A stretch of 64,000 bases of DNA from an uncultured Planctomycetales bacterium (GCA_964520655.1 CAZFNI010000009.1:5909-69908); one strand, 5' to 3'; counted from the first letter of the stretch, positions 18,594 to 28,868 are shown. The notes: generated by a model not told the origin, from the sequence alone. Numbers and translations: made by a program.

Positions 18594-19407
18594 AGGCCCA
18601 GATCACCTCAAAACTCGCGCAGATCCCTTCATGATAAGGAAAATGCGTGCGGTAATATTTCTCTAATAACGCCAGCTTATTCTTCCCCAAAAAGACCGGA
18701 TGCTCGCCCATGTGATTGGCCCCAATGGCCTTTAGCCATCCCAAGAGGTCCATCACATCCTTAAACTGAACCTTGATCAATTCCGCATCCATCTGTATCT
18801 CGTTAAAATCCGCATCAGCAAGCGCAGAACGCACCGTGTCCAAAGACGGCAACGCCCTTAAAGTCACCGTCGGATCAACGCTTTTAAGGGACAGCAATAA
18901 TTCTTCACAGGTGCGTCCGCCAAACAGCGTGAGATTGATAACCCCGTCGGCTTGAAGTACCCGTTCCGCTTCCCTGAAAGCTTGAGGCAGATCCGCCATC
19001 CACTGATATGCCAAATTAGACAGCAGAAGATCAACGCTTGATCTAGCCAGCGGCAGCCTTGCGGCATCGGCACACATCCAGTCGATCGCTTCGGCCTCAT
19101 CTTGATCCCTGGCCTTTAACGCCATTCCCCAGGCGATATCAATACCAACGACACGGCTTTCAGGGAAGAAATTCTTCGCTTTGCGGGTCACATAGCCCGT
19201 GCCGCAGCCCGCGTCCACGATCACGGACGGCTTTAACCCGACGGCCTTCTGCACAAGCTCCCGCCCGATCTCTTTATGCAAGCCGGTCAACAGATCATAT
19301 TGCTCGGCCGAGTTGGAAAACGAACGGCGTATCCTGTCGGTGATCGTTCTGAACATATCAATGCACCAAAAAATCTTCCAGCAAACGGTTGTATTCCTCA
19401 ACCTCAA
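18580..19407 (-). CDS. bioC: malonyl-ACP O-methyltransferase (class I SAM methyltransferase)
   Basis: VDAGCGTG SAM motif, flanked by bioD and bioH. Confidence 0.7.
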   Translation of the reverse strand: MRLRNTTVCWKIFWCIDMFRTITDRIRRSFSNSAEQYDLLTGLHKEIGRELVQKAVGLKPSVIVDAGCGTGYVTRKAKNFFPESRVVGIDIAWGMALKARDQDEAEAIDWMCADAARLPLARSSVDLLLSNLAYQWMADLPQAFREAERVLQADGVINLTLFGGRTCEELLLSLKSVDPTVTLRALPSLDTVRSALADADFNEIQMDAELIKVQFKDVMDLLGWLKAIGANHMGEHPVFLGKNKLALLEKYYRTHFPYHEGICASFEVIWAYAKK

Positions 19408-20158
19408 TTAAGAACGGCAAGTGGCCGCTGTCTTTGATCACATCAAATCGCGCATTATGCATATGCTCCGCCATCCACTCCATGACCAAAGGCGGACAGA
19501 TATAATCGTCGCTGCCAGTGATAAACTGCATGGGACAGGTCATGCGGCTGATGCGGTCGCGCTGATCCGTATCCTCTAAGATCTTTAAAAAATGCTGCAA
19601 GGCCTCTGGGTTAGGCAGCGGTTCCTGGCCGCGCAGCTGTTTTAGGTCCTTGAATCTCGGACTGTTGCGTTCTTTCATCGTAAAAAGTGAACGGAAAAAC
19701 ATGTCCAGCACTGCCGCATATTCCCCGGTGAATTGCCGGCTTAGGGTACGGATCTTGTCGATGTCCAATCCCGCTGGATAATTGTCGCCCCTGGCAAACT
19801 TGGGGATAGATCCCGCTAAGGACATTCGCATCACCAAGAACGGCGCCTGACGGTAGATGTCCATGGCGATCAGCCCTCCCAGCGAAGATGCCGTCAGGTT
19901 GATATGTTCCCCGCCTAAATGATCGATCAATTCGATCAGGTCTTTCGCCAGCTCATTGATGCTCAAAGGCATCCAGCCGCTTTCTCCATGCCCTGGCAGA
20001 TCAACAGCAACAGTGCGAAAACCTTTAGAAAAATAATCCTGCTGGGCGTGCCACAACCGGCTGCTGCCGCCAAAACCATGAATGAAAACGAGCAGCTCCC
20101 CTTCACCGAAAGAACGGTAGTGCCATCGTAATCCGCGTTGTGAAATAAAGTCGGACAT
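19358..20158 (-). CDS. bioH: alpha/beta hydrolase, candidate pimeloyl-ACP methyl ester esterase
   Basis: HGFGGS and GHS nucleophile-elbow motifs inside the bio operon. Confidence 0.6.
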   Translation of the reverse strand: MSDFISQRGLRWHYRSFGEGELLVFIHGFGGSSRLWHAQQDYFSKGFRTVAVDLPGHGESGWMPLSINELAKDLIELIDHLGGEHINLTASSLGGLIAMDIYRQAPFLVMRMSLAGSIPKFARGDNYPAGLDIDKIRTLSRQFTGEYAAVLDMFFRSLFTMKERNSPRFKDLKQLRGQEPLPNPEALQHFLKILEDTDQRDRISRMTCPMQFITGSDDYICPPLVMEWMAEHMHNARFDVIKDSGHLPFLIEVEEYNRLLEDFLVH

Positions 20159-20161
20159 AAA

Positions 20162-21319
20162 TTATAGCTGACGCATCGCATCTAAAAGCGCGCGTATATC
20201 CTCCGGTGCATGGGCGGCCGTGACCGTGATGCGCAGCCTCGATGTATGGGCCGGCACTGTCGGCGGACGGATGGCGCTGACATGAATCCCAGCCTCAAAT
20301 AATTTCTTAGATGCTAAAAGCGCCGCCTCTTCCTCTTTGAATACCACAGGGATGATGGGGGTTTGGGATTGGAGCGTGTCATACCCATACCCTTTTAACG
20401 TTTCCCTGACCTCTTTCGCATACCCTAAGACCCGCGCTCGACGCTCTTGGCCTTCTATTGACCGAATGATCGACACGGCTTGACATGCCGCCGTAGTCAC
20501 CGCGCTGGGCAGTGCGGTCGTATAAATAAAACTACGTGCGTGATTGACTAAATATGACTTAAGCGGCCGCGCGCCGCAGGCATAAGCCCCAAAACATCCC
20601 GCGGCTTTTGACAACGTCCCCATCTGAACATCGATACAGTTGCTGACATTCAATGCTTCCGCAAGCCCAGCGCCAGTTTTGCCTAAAACCCCAAACCCAT
20701 GAGCCTCGTCGACCATCACCCACGCATCATGCTGTTTGGCCAGTTCAACGATTCGTTCAAGCGGCGCCAGATCCCCGTCCATACTAAACACAGTATCCGT
20801 AACGATCAAACGCCGGCGATACTTAGCACTGCTCTTCAAATATTCTTGCAGGGCGCCCATGTCCAGATGCGGATAACGCTTGACCTCTGCCCGGCTTAAA
20901 ATGCACCCGTCAACGATCGAGGCATGGTTCAACTTATCTGAAAAAATAATGTCTTCCCGCCCCATCAAGGCCGGAATGATGCCGGTATTGGCGCCATACC
21001 CGCTGTTAAAAACCAGACATTCCTCGACAGATTTAAGATCAGCAATGTCCCGCTCTAAGCGTTCCACACTATCAGTGTTGCCTACAACCAGCCGCGACGC
21101 GCCGCTGCCGAAACCATCCTGTTCCATCGCCGCCTTGGCTGCCTGGATCAAACGCTCATCATTGGCAAGCCCCAGATAATCATTGGAACAAAAATTGAGT
21201 TTAGGGACACCCTCGATCGTGATCGAAGGTCCGCAGCTATTATTTCTAACCTTCAATTGTCTCAGCCTTTGAGCTTCTTTTAACTGGTCCAGGTCTTTCT
21301 GCAGCAGTGCGTTCATCAT
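20162..21319 (-). CDS. bioF: 8-amino-7-oxononanoate synthase
   Basis: Class-II PLP aminotransferase (KBL/BioF-like), 385 aa. Confidence 0.85.
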   Translation of the reverse strand: MMNALLQKDLDQLKEAQRLRQLKVRNNSCGPSITIEGVPKLNFCSNDYLGLANDERLIQAAKAAMEQDGFGSGASRLVVGNTDSVERLERDIADLKSVEECLVFNSGYGANTGIIPALMGREDIIFSDKLNHASIVDGCILSRAEVKRYPHLDMGALQEYLKSSAKYRRRLIVTDTVFSMDGDLAPLERIVELAKQHDAWVMVDEAHGFGVLGKTGAGLAEALNVSNCIDVQMGTLSKAAGCFGAYACGARPLKSYLVNHARSFIYTTALPSAVTTAACQAVSIIRSIEGQERRARVLGYAKEVRETLKGYGYDTLQSQTPIIPVVFKEEEAALLASKKLFEAGIHVSAIRPPTVPAHTSRLRITVTAAHAPEDIRALLDAMRQL

Positions 21320-22272
21320 GACAGCACCTGCACATCCCCGGCAATATGTTGATGGATCTTACCGCTGGCCTGACGGATGAGCAAACTGCCGTCCGCGCCA
21401 AGACCCTGTGCAATTCCTTCAACAATAGAAGCCCCTTGAGAAACACGGACACGACTTCCCAGAGAATCGCAATATTTCGTCCATTGTTTGAGTATCGGTG
21501 GCATGCCTTTACTGTTGAATGTCTCATACCAGAATTCCAGCCGTTCAAAAATATTCTGAAGCAGCACGACCCTGTTAACCTGCTGCCTGGTCGCTGTTTT
21601 TAATGATGTCGCCTGCTCCATCAGTTCTTTTCCAGTCGAATTCACATTGACGCCGATGCCAATGACCACCATTTTCACCTGGTCCATCTCCGCGCGCATT
21701 TCCGTTAAAATACCCGCTAATTTCTTCCCATCAATGAGAATATCATTAGGCCATTTGATCTGAACCTCCAGCTGACAGGTCATCCGTATGGCTTCAACCA
21801 GCGCCACCGCGCTCATGAGCGTCATCGACGGCATTTGGCTGATCGCAAAATCCGGACGGAAAACGATGGAAAAATACAAACCCTTATCTTTTGGTGACAA
21901 CCACTGGCGGCCAAGCCTGCCCCGGCCCCTGGTCTGTGTTTCCGCGCACACGACCGTCCCTTGCGGGCAGCCGGCCATCCCTAACGCGAACGCATCATCC
22001 ATTGTTGACGCTGTATTCTCTTTAACAACTGTTTCGCGGCCGATATAGCGCGTCTTTAGACCATAGGTTATCTCATGAGGCAAAAGTCGGTCGGGAGATG
22101 ATTCCAGTTTATAACCAATGTGCGGGATAGCGGCGATCTCATAGCCTTCCTGACGCAGCTGGTCGATGTATTTCCAAACAGCGGCGCGGCTGATGCCCAG
22201 CTGCTCGCTCATCTGCTCGCCGGAGACATGGGTCTTGGATTCTTTTAGGAAATGGATTATCTGCTGCTGCAT
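21316..22272 (-). CDS. birA: bifunctional biotin--protein ligase / bio-operon repressor
   Basis: N-terminal HTH (GEQMSEQLGISRAAVWKYI) and the ligase motif GRGRLGRQW. I place the start at MQQQ (ATG 22270-22272), not at the track's upstream extension that overlaps iscS. Confidence 0.8.
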   Translation of the reverse strand: MQQQIIHFLKESKTHVSGEQMSEQLGISRAAVWKYIDQLRQEGYEIAAIPHIGYKLESSPDRLLPHEITYGLKTRYIGRETVVKENTASTMDDAFALGMAGCPQGTVVCAETQTRGRGRLGRQWLSPKDKGLYFSIVFRPDFAISQMPSMTLMSAVALVEAIRMTCQLEVQIKWPNDILIDGKKLAGILTEMRAEMDQVKMVVIGIGVNVNSTGKELMEQATSLKTATRQQVNRVVLLQNIFERLEFWYETFNSKGMPPILKQWTKYCDSLGSRVRVSQGASIVEGIAQGLGADGSLLIRQASGKIHQHIAGDVQVLS

Positions 22273-23402
22273 AGCTGGGCCGTTTTGATCTTTAGCTGCT
22301 GTTTGAAATATTCCAGGTCCTCTGGCGTTGTCCCGCGGCCAAGCGTGACCCGCAGCGACCCAAGCGCCAGCGCATCGCTTAAGCCAATGGCTTTTAAAAC
22401 GTGAGACGGTGTGAGCGAACCGGAAGAACAGGCCGATCCCATGGAACAGCATATGCCCGACAGATCAAGGGCCGCGATCAACTCTTCGCCGCTTATCCCA
22501 TTCCATGAAAAATGGGCGTTATGAGGAAGCCGATGCTTTAGGTGCCCGTTAATAACAGTTCCGGGGATATTATTGCGGACAAAATTGATCAGATCATCGC
22601 GCATCAAGGCTTGGATCCCTGCTTCTTCGGCCATCTGCGTACGCGCGATCCTGGCCGCATGCCCCATTCCAACGATACCAGCCGTATTCTGCGTCCCAGC
22701 CCGCCGGGAGCGCTCCTGATCGCCTCCTAGAATAAGCGACTCAAAAGGCGTCCCCTGCCGCAGGAATAATGCCCCCACTCCTTGAGGCCCGTAAAATTTA
22801 TGCGCGGACAATGACAACATATCCGCCATAAACGCGCCGGCATCAACGGGGATATGCCCCGCGGTCTGCACCGCATCAACAAAGAAACAGACCCCGCGGT
22901 CACGCAGCAAATTCCCTATCTCAACCATGGGTTGGATCACACCGATCTCATTATTGGCATGTGCCACCACCGCTAAGATCGTATCTGGTCGGATCAATGC
23001 CGCCACGGCCGCCGGTTCGACGATGCCGTCTTTCGTCACCGGGATAAAGGAAACCTCAAAGCCCTGCGCCACAAGACGTTTCATCGGCTCAAGAACAGAA
23101 TGATGCTCGATGGCGCTGACGATCACATGGCGCCCCTTAGAGAACAACGACCGGGCCGCTGAGAATATGGCTGTATTATTGGCTTCTGTTGCCGATGATG
23201 TAAAAATAATTTCCTGCGGTTTGGCATGAAGCAGCAGGGCGACTTCCTCGCGGGCCCCCTCAATGGCTTTGCGGGCCCGACGTCCGGCAGCATGCGGACT
23301 TAACGCATTGCCGAACTGTTCCGTAAAATAAGGACGCATGGCCTTGACCACAGACGGGTCGCAGGGGCATGTGGCCGCATGATCTAAATAGATGGTTTTC
23401 AT
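22257..23402 (-). CDS. iscS: cysteine desulfurase (NifS/IscS class I)
   Basis: Begins MKTIYLDHAATCP; C-terminus contains SMGSACSSGSL. Confidence 0.85.
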   Translation of the reverse strand: MKTIYLDHAATCPCDPSVVKAMRPYFTEQFGNALSPHAAGRRARKAIEGAREEVALLLHAKPQEIIFTSSATEANNTAIFSAARSLFSKGRHVIVSAIEHHSVLEPMKRLVAQGFEVSFIPVTKDGIVEPAAVAALIRPDTILAVVAHANNEIGVIQPMVEIGNLLRDRGVCFFVDAVQTAGHIPVDAGAFMADMLSLSAHKFYGPQGVGALFLRQGTPFESLILGGDQERSRRAGTQNTAGIVGMGHAARIARTQMAEEAGIQALMRDDLINFVRNNIPGTVINGHLKHRLPHNAHFSWNGISGEELIAALDLSGICCSMGSACSSGSLTPSHVLKAIGLSDALALGSLRVTLGRGTTPEDLEYFKQQLKIKTAQLCSSR

Positions 23403-23473
23403 TAAGGAATATTTTACAAAACTTAAGGGAGATTGTCAACCAGATGAGGATTGGTTGGTTTACAATAGAAAAG

Positions 23474-23557
23474 TGCTGGGGGAGGGAATTGAACCCTCAC
23501 AGCCGTGAAGCTACTAGTTTTTGAGACTAGCGCGTATACCAGTTCCGCCACCCCAGC
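23474..23557 (-). tRNA. tRNA-Leu(CAA)
   Basis: 84-nt type-II cloverleaf folded by hand. Anticodon loop is CUCAAAA, it has a long variable arm and a GGTTCAATTCC T-arm. CCA is not encoded. Confidence 0.8.
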
Positions 23558-23570
23558 AATATGTCAAAAG

Positions 23571-23644
23571 TGGAGCCAAGGAGGATCGAACCCCTGACCT
23601 CTTCCATGCCATGGAAGCGCTCTACCAAACTGAGCTATGGCCCC
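23571..23644 (-). tRNA. tRNA-Ala(GGC)
   Basis: GGGGCCATAGCTCAGTTTGGTAGAGCGCTTCCATGGCATGGAAG…, with the G3:U70 Ala identity pair. CCA is not encoded. Confidence 0.85.
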
Positions 23645-23842
23645 ATATTACCACTGAAATTACTATCTCAAATAATAGAAAAATATGGGTGCCTATGCAA
23701 CTACCACAATATTTTTTAGATAAGTTGCGGGCCCCAAAGTATTCCCATAAAGGGAATGATATTACCACCCATCCCCAACTTTGTCAAAAACTTATCTCAT
23801 GCGGAATTTGATTATAAACATCGGGCATGCTAAGCTTTTGCT

Positions 23843-24355
23843 ATGAATAACCGCACCTGGATCTGCCTGTTGTTGCTTGTTTTCTGTTGCATTGGGCCTG
23901 CCTCTGCCCAAGAACAAACCATTACCTTGCGCGACGGCACTGTCATGAAAGGCGAGCTGGTACAGGTGGAGAACGGTGTTTACACGATCCAGTCTTCTTC
24001 TCTGGGGCAGACCCAGATCAAAGCTGAAGAGATCGCCTCAATCAATACCGGCACAACTCCCGCCGCGAACACCGCCGCGTCAACACCTCAGCCGTCAATG
24101 AATGCGCAAATGCAGCAGCTTCAGAGCACCATCATGGCCAACCCCGATATGATGGCCGACATCCAGTCCATCGCCGCTGATCCGGATGTCATCAAATTGA
24201 TCACGACCCCTGGGATGCTTCAAGCCATCACCAGCAAAGATGTCGAGGCCCTGAAAAATAATCCCGCTGCCCAGCAATTGATGCAGAACCCCAAGATACA
24301 AATGCTCATCGAACGGCTTAAAAGCACCCAACAGCCTGCCGCTTCCGATCAATAA
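23843..24355 (+). CDS. secreted protein with Q/A-rich STI1-like DP repeats
   Basis: Signal peptide. Repeats of the form NP(D/A)…Q(Q)LMQNP. Confidence 0.5.
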   Translation: MNNRTWICLLLLVFCCIGPASAQEQTITLRDGTVMKGELVQVENGVYTIQSSSLGQTQIKAEEIASINTGTTPAANTAASTPQPSMNAQMQQLQSTIMANPDMMADIQSIAADPDVIKLITTPGMLQAITSKDVEALKNNPAAQQLMQNPKIQMLIERLKSTQQPAASDQ

Positions 24356-24357
24356 CT

Positions 24358-25485
24358 TTATAAAGATGGTAATCGTTGGTAGGACACCAGCCATTCCAAC
24401 CCCATGATCCCCGACTTGGTCTGGACTTGGTAGCGGGTCACGCCCGACTGTGTTGCTTGATAATCTCCCCACTGTACTGACAATTCATACGGACCTCGCC
24501 CTTCTTGCCAGGGGCTTAAGAACACATAGAAACTGCGGCTGTGCTTATTGGTATGATAATATTTGTCAACGGCAATGGCTTGATATGCGGCAATAGGCGA
24601 AACATCTTTAAACCCGTTATAAACAGCAGCCCCGTAGCGGGCCAAAAGCAGCGACCCCGCGAACGAAAACAGAAAACACATCACAAACGCCAGCCCGGAA
24701 CGCGAAAACCCTTTGATCAGCATAAACGAGAACCATTGCCAACACACAAAGGCCGCCACCCACCAGGGCAGAACCAGCGACCATAAACGTCCACCCTCGA
24801 TGATACGATAATGGACCTCGGCATAGATCCACACCCCGATACCGGCGACTAACAATATGATACTTGCCGTTAACAGCACCGTCAGCCGCAAAACGAACGC
24901 TTTAGCTGCCCCCTCAGGGGCACCTGTGTCCTGAGGAATAATTTTTGTAATATCAAGCACTGTGCGGGCAAGATGCCTGACCTCTTCGTCAGTATATTTA
25001 TCCAGGTGTTTGTTGGGCCGCAGTCGAAGCAGACAGGTTGTGGGTGTTATTTCGATCGAAACAAAATGATCGAGCGCCCCGCGCACCAGGTCCCGGGACT
25101 TCTGTTGAGCGAACATCTTTCCTAAGAACTGCGGGTCATCGCATTCAAAATAGAACGCATCATTAAATGCCGGATCGGTCGTTTTACATTCGCCGGTCAG
25201 GCCGATATTCTTACAAAAACGATCAAAGCCGTTCTCTTTACGAATGACCAGTCTCCTGCTGAAATCCCCCTTCATCCAGAACTTAAGCAAAGGACTTTTT
25301 CCTTTTGATCCCTGCTCAAAATCCAGGCAAACCTCTTTCCCGTCGATATCAATAACCCCGCCGGTCAATCCCAGCGGCCTGCCATTTAAGCCCGCGATCT
25401 TTTTTCGCATGGGATTGGTCAACACCCTGGCAAAAATAAAGATACTGACAAATAGAACAGGCAAAGACACGATAAAAAATTTCAT
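24358..25485 (-). CDS. hypothetical membrane protein
   Basis: N-terminal signal/TM plus about 4 C-terminal TM helices. No motif I recognise. Confidence 0.45.
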   Translation of the reverse strand: MKFFIVSLPVLFVSIFIFARVLTNPMRKKIAGLNGRPLGLTGGVIDIDGKEVCLDFEQGSKGKSPLLKFWMKGDFSRRLVIRKENGFDRFCKNIGLTGECKTTDPAFNDAFYFECDDPQFLGKMFAQQKSRDLVRGALDHFVSIEITPTTCLLRLRPNKHLDKYTDEEVRHLARTVLDITKIIPQDTGAPEGAAKAFVLRLTVLLTASIILLVAGIGVWIYAEVHYRIIEGGRLWSLVLPWWVAAFVCWQWFSFMLIKGFSRSGLAFVMCFLFSFAGSLLLARYGAAVYNGFKDVSPIAAYQAIAVDKYYHTNKHSRSFYVFLSPWQEGRGPYELSVQWGDYQATQSGVTRYQVQTKSGIMGLEWLVSYQRLPSL

Positions 25486-25488
25486 CGG

Positions 25489-26535
25489 CTACTCCTTATG
25501 CGCATGGCGCAGCTGACCGCAAGCCGCGTTGACATCCTTGCCCCTGGGTGTGCGGATGGTCGCCAAAATGCCGGCTTCTGCCAGTAGATCTTGAAAACGG
25601 GACATCTCGTCTTTGGAAGGCGTTTGATGGCCGAACTCCGACACCGGATTATATGGGATCAAATTCATTTTGCAGATGATCCCTTTGAAGGCTTTTTTCA
25701 GCGCGGCCACAGCACGGTCTGTGCAGGTCACATCCTTGATCAAAATATATTCAAAAGTGATCTGACGTTTGGTTTCCCTGGTATATTCCCGGCAAGCCGC
25801 GATCAATTCATCGAATGGGTATTTGCGGTTGACCGGCATAAGAACATTGCGGGACGCATTATCATAGCCGTGCAGCGACACGGCAAGCTCTATCTGAAGA
25901 TCTCCTTTGGCCAACGCCTTGATGCCGGGGACGATGCCGACAGTCGAGATGGTGATATGCCGAGCCCCGATGCCGATGCCTTTGGGAGAATTGATCATGG
26001 CGATCGCCTTGGTCAAATTATCAAGATTATCCAGAGGCTCGCCGGTCCCCATGAACACAATATTGGATAAAGGTTTCTGGTGATGCAGTGCTTCTGCTTT
26101 GACGTGCAGCACCTGGGCTAATATCTCCGCACACGTTAAATTGCGCGTCCAGCCGCCGATGCCGCTGGCGCAGAATTTGCAGCCGAATTTACAACCGGCC
26201 TGAGTTGAAATGCAAGCGGTCGTGCGGCCAGCCGTGGGGATCAGCACGCTCTCGACTTTTTCATGATCGGCAAGGTCAAAGAGGAACTTCGTTGTCCCTT
26301 CCGACGACACCTGTTTGGCGGCGACCACATTGGGTTCTAAAACAAAATCTATTTCCAGTTTTTCCTGCACGGAACGGGGGATATTCTTCATCCCCTGAAA
26401 CGAGGTCACGTGTTTCTGGTAGATCCATTCCGCAGCCTGGGCCGCACGGAAAGATTTCTCGCCAATGGACACGAAATAAGCCGACAACTCTTCCAGGGAA
26501 AGATCGCGGATGTCCGGCTTGGCTTGAGGGCTCAT
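25489..26535 (-). CDS. rlmN: 23S rRNA/tRNA (adenine-C2) methyltransferase
   Basis: Radical SAM with CKFGCKFC and an RlmN-like N-terminus. Confidence 0.9.
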   Translation of the reverse strand: MSPQAKPDIRDLSLEELSAYFVSIGEKSFRAAQAAEWIYQKHVTSFQGMKNIPRSVQEKLEIDFVLEPNVVAAKQVSSEGTTKFLFDLADHEKVESVLIPTAGRTTACISTQAGCKFGCKFCASGIGGWTRNLTCAEILAQVLHVKAEALHHQKPLSNIVFMGTGEPLDNLDNLTKAIAMINSPKGIGIGARHITISTVGIVPGIKALAKGDLQIELAVSLHGYDNASRNVLMPVNRKYPFDELIAACREYTRETKRQITFEYILIKDVTCTDRAVAALKKAFKGIICKMNLIPYNPVSEFGHQTPSKDEMSRFQDLLAEAGILATIRTPRGKDVNAACGQLRHAHKE

Positions 26536-26541
26536 AGCGGA

Positions 26542-27483
26542 TTATTTCTCGATAAAATCGCCGATGGCACGGAATTTCGCGTAGCGCGCATCCAGCAATT
26601 TGTCCTTATCGCAGGCGGAAAGTTTCTTGAGATGTTTTAAAACAGCGCTTTTAAGGCTGGCGGCCGTCTCTTCATAATTGCGGTGGGCACCGCCCAGTGG
26701 TTCCGGGATGATCTCATCGACGATGCCGAATTTCTCCAAATGCTCGCCGTGCAGCTTGAGCGCTTCCGCGGCCAGAGGCGCTTTCTGGGAACTGCGCCAA
26801 AGAATAGACGCACACCCTTCAGGAGAGATAACAGAATAATAGGCGTGCTCTAAGATCAACACTTTATCCGCCACGCCGATACCCAACGCGCCACCGCTGC
26901 CGCCCTCTCCGATGACCGCTGCGATGATAGGTGTCTTTAAATTAGCCATGTCCCTTAAATTCTCGGCGATGGCCTGGGCCTGGCCGCGTTCTTCCGCGCC
27001 GATGCCGGGATAGGCGCCGGGCGTATCGATCAGACAAATGACCGGAACATCGAACTTGGCCGCCATGCGCATCAAACGCATCGCTTTGCGATACCCTTCC
27101 GGGTGAGCACAGCCGAAATTGCGGGCAATATTCTCTTTCACGTCGCGCCCCTTTTGATGCCCCATGATCATGACTTTTTGTCCGTCTATTTTGGCAAACC
27201 CGCCGATAATGGCCAGGTCATCCGCGTACAAACGGTCCCCGTGCAGTTCCATGAACTCATCCGTCATCAACCGGATATAGTCGAGGGTGAACGGACGTTT
27301 GGGGTTGCGGGCGATCTGCACCCGCTGCCACGTCGTCAAATTCTGATAAATATCTTTTTTTAACTTGTCGAGTTTGGATTCAAGACGCTTGATCTCAGGT
27401 TCCAGCGTCACGCGCTTGGAGCCCATCTTGCGCAACTCTTCGATCTTTTTTTCCAGTTCGACGATCGGTTTTTCAAAATCCAA
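26542..27483 (-). CDS. accA: acetyl-CoA carboxylase carboxyltransferase alpha subunit
   Basis: 313 aa with PGAYPGIGAEERGQ. Confidence 0.9.
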   Translation of the reverse strand: MDFEKPIVELEKKIEELRKMGSKRVTLEPEIKRLESKLDKLKKDIYQNLTTWQRVQIARNPKRPFTLDYIRLMTDEFMELHGDRLYADDLAIIGGFAKIDGQKVMIMGHQKGRDVKENIARNFGCAHPEGYRKAMRLMRMAAKFDVPVICLIDTPGAYPGIGAEERGQAQAIAENLRDMANLKTPIIAAVIGEGGSGGALGIGVADKVLILEHAYYSVISPEGCASILWRSSQKAPLAAEALKLHGEHLEKFGIVDEIIPEPLGGAHRNYEETAASLKSAVLKHLKKLSACDKDKLLDARYAKFRAIGDFIEK

Positions 27484-27502
27484 AGCAGCCTCTTTCTTGT
27501 TG

Positions 27503-28327
27503 TTAATCCTGGATCACGACCTGCGTGCCCATCGGAAGAAGGTCATACAGCTCCTCGACCTGCGCGTTGATCATGCGCACGCATCCGGCAGTCACTTGCT
27601 GGCCGATCTTATCCGGCTGGGTCGTTCCGTGTATCCCGTAATGAGGATCGGTGTCAAACCCCATCCAGCGCGTACCCAACACATTCTCCGGACTCTCCGG
27701 CGGAACCGGAGCCCCGCCCGGCTTAAACCACACCGGATTGGCCAGTTTGGTCGCGATCTTAAATGTCCCTACCGGCGTGATATTATTCGCACCCGTCGAG
27801 ACGTGATAGACTTTCAGCACCTCGTCTCCGGTTTTCAGCATCAGGATGTTCTGCCCCTTTTTGACTAAGACATTGAACGGCGCGTTCCAGATCCGCAGTT
27901 TCTGTCCAACACGGATCACATCGCTTTTTAACACATTGGTCTTCTTGATCAGTTCCTTGGTCGTATTGTACTGCTTGGCCAATTTCCCCAATGAATCCCC
28001 GGGGACGACTTCATGCAGCAAGGTTTGCGGCGCCGGGACATTGGTGGTGATGATCGACAAGTTCAATTCCCCCAACCTGTCTTGAATGTCTTGGATCTTA
28101 TCGTATTCCGGATAGTCGGAAAGGATCTGGGTGTAGGCTTCCTTTGCCTTTAATTTATTATTCTCACTTTCATACTTATCCGCCTGCGCCAGCAACTGAG
28201 CCACGGGAACAGAGACTGCCGAATCGTTGGCAGCCGCACTCTTCTTGCTTAAATGAGAACCCACCGCCCAACCCACGCCGCCTAAAACCAAAACTACCGC
28301 TGCAATGATGATCACCCGCTGATTCAT
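27503..28327 (-). CDS. LysM-domain L,D-transpeptidase (YkuD family)
   Basis: LysM segment (VVPGDSLGKLAKQY) plus the catalytic motif GIHGT…TAGCVRM. Confidence 0.8.
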   Translation of the reverse strand: MNQRVIIIAAVVLVLGGVGWAVGSHLSKKSAAANDSAVSVPVAQLLAQADKYESENNKLKAKEAYTQILSDYPEYDKIQDIQDRLGELNLSIITTNVPAPQTLLHEVVPGDSLGKLAKQYNTTKELIKKTNVLKSDVIRVGQKLRIWNAPFNVLVKKGQNILMLKTGDEVLKVYHVSTGANNITPVGTFKIATKLANPVWFKPGGAPVPPESPENVLGTRWMGFDTDPHYGIHGTTQPDKIGQQVTAGCVRMINAQVEELYDLLPMGTQVVIQD

Positions 28328-28339
28328 ATCAACTCCTGT

Positions 28340-28786
28340 TTAATATAAGAATAATGCCCAGAATATGCCGAATAAAAACCCGCCGATCACCTGTATCGGC
28401 GTATGACCAACCAATTCCTTAAGCCGTTTTTCCTCGATCTGGCCTTTCCAGTAAATGTCGTCCATCATTTTATTGAGGATGGAAGCCTGGTGCCCGGTCG
28501 CGCGCCTGACCCCCTGGGCGTCGAACATGGTGACCATGGCAAAGGCCGCCGCTACCGCGAAAACCGCCGAATTAAACCCCTGCTGCAGCCCAACACATGT
28601 GGCCAACGCCGAAGCCCCGGCTGCGTGGCTGGAGGGCATGCCTCCGGTATTAAGCAGCCAGCGGAAATTAAACCTCTTTTCCTTAAAAAAACCGGTAATG
28701 ACCTTGGCTACCTGAGCCAAACACCACACCATCAGGGTGATCAAAAAGATCTTATTATGCGCGATTTCCGGCCAAAAAGTATGCAA
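28340..28786 (-). CDS. divergent PAP2 / DUF212 membrane protein
   Basis: 148 aa with GGMPSSHAA. Confidence 0.7.
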   Translation of the reverse strand: MHTFWPEIAHNKIFLITLMVWCLAQVAKVITGFFKEKRFNFRWLLNTGGMPSSHAAGASALATCVGLQQGFNSAVFAVAAAFAMVTMFDAQGVRRATGHQASILNKMMDDIYWKGQIEEKRLKELVGHTPIQVIGGFLFGIFWALFLY

Positions 28787-28868
28787 TTGTCTTGCCTTAT
28801 CGAATGAACCTTATTATAAACATGCACCATTATATTATTAGAGTACAAAAAAGCAAGCAAACAAAGCC

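Noticed and set aside
21316-22452. Track start of birA at 22452, a 60-aa N-terminal extension that overlaps iscS
   Set aside because: The extension is Arg/Gly/Trp-rich junk. The HTH begins right after the internal MQQQ start, which gives a conventional 16-nt overlap with the iscS stop.
23645-23842. Direct 10-nt repeat ATATTACCAC (at about 23646 and about 23760) and a CATTCCC-ataaa-GGGAATG hairpin upstream of the secreted-protein gene
   Set aside because: They are short, AT-rich, and within chance expectation for a 200-nt AT-rich spacer. I cannot assign a function.
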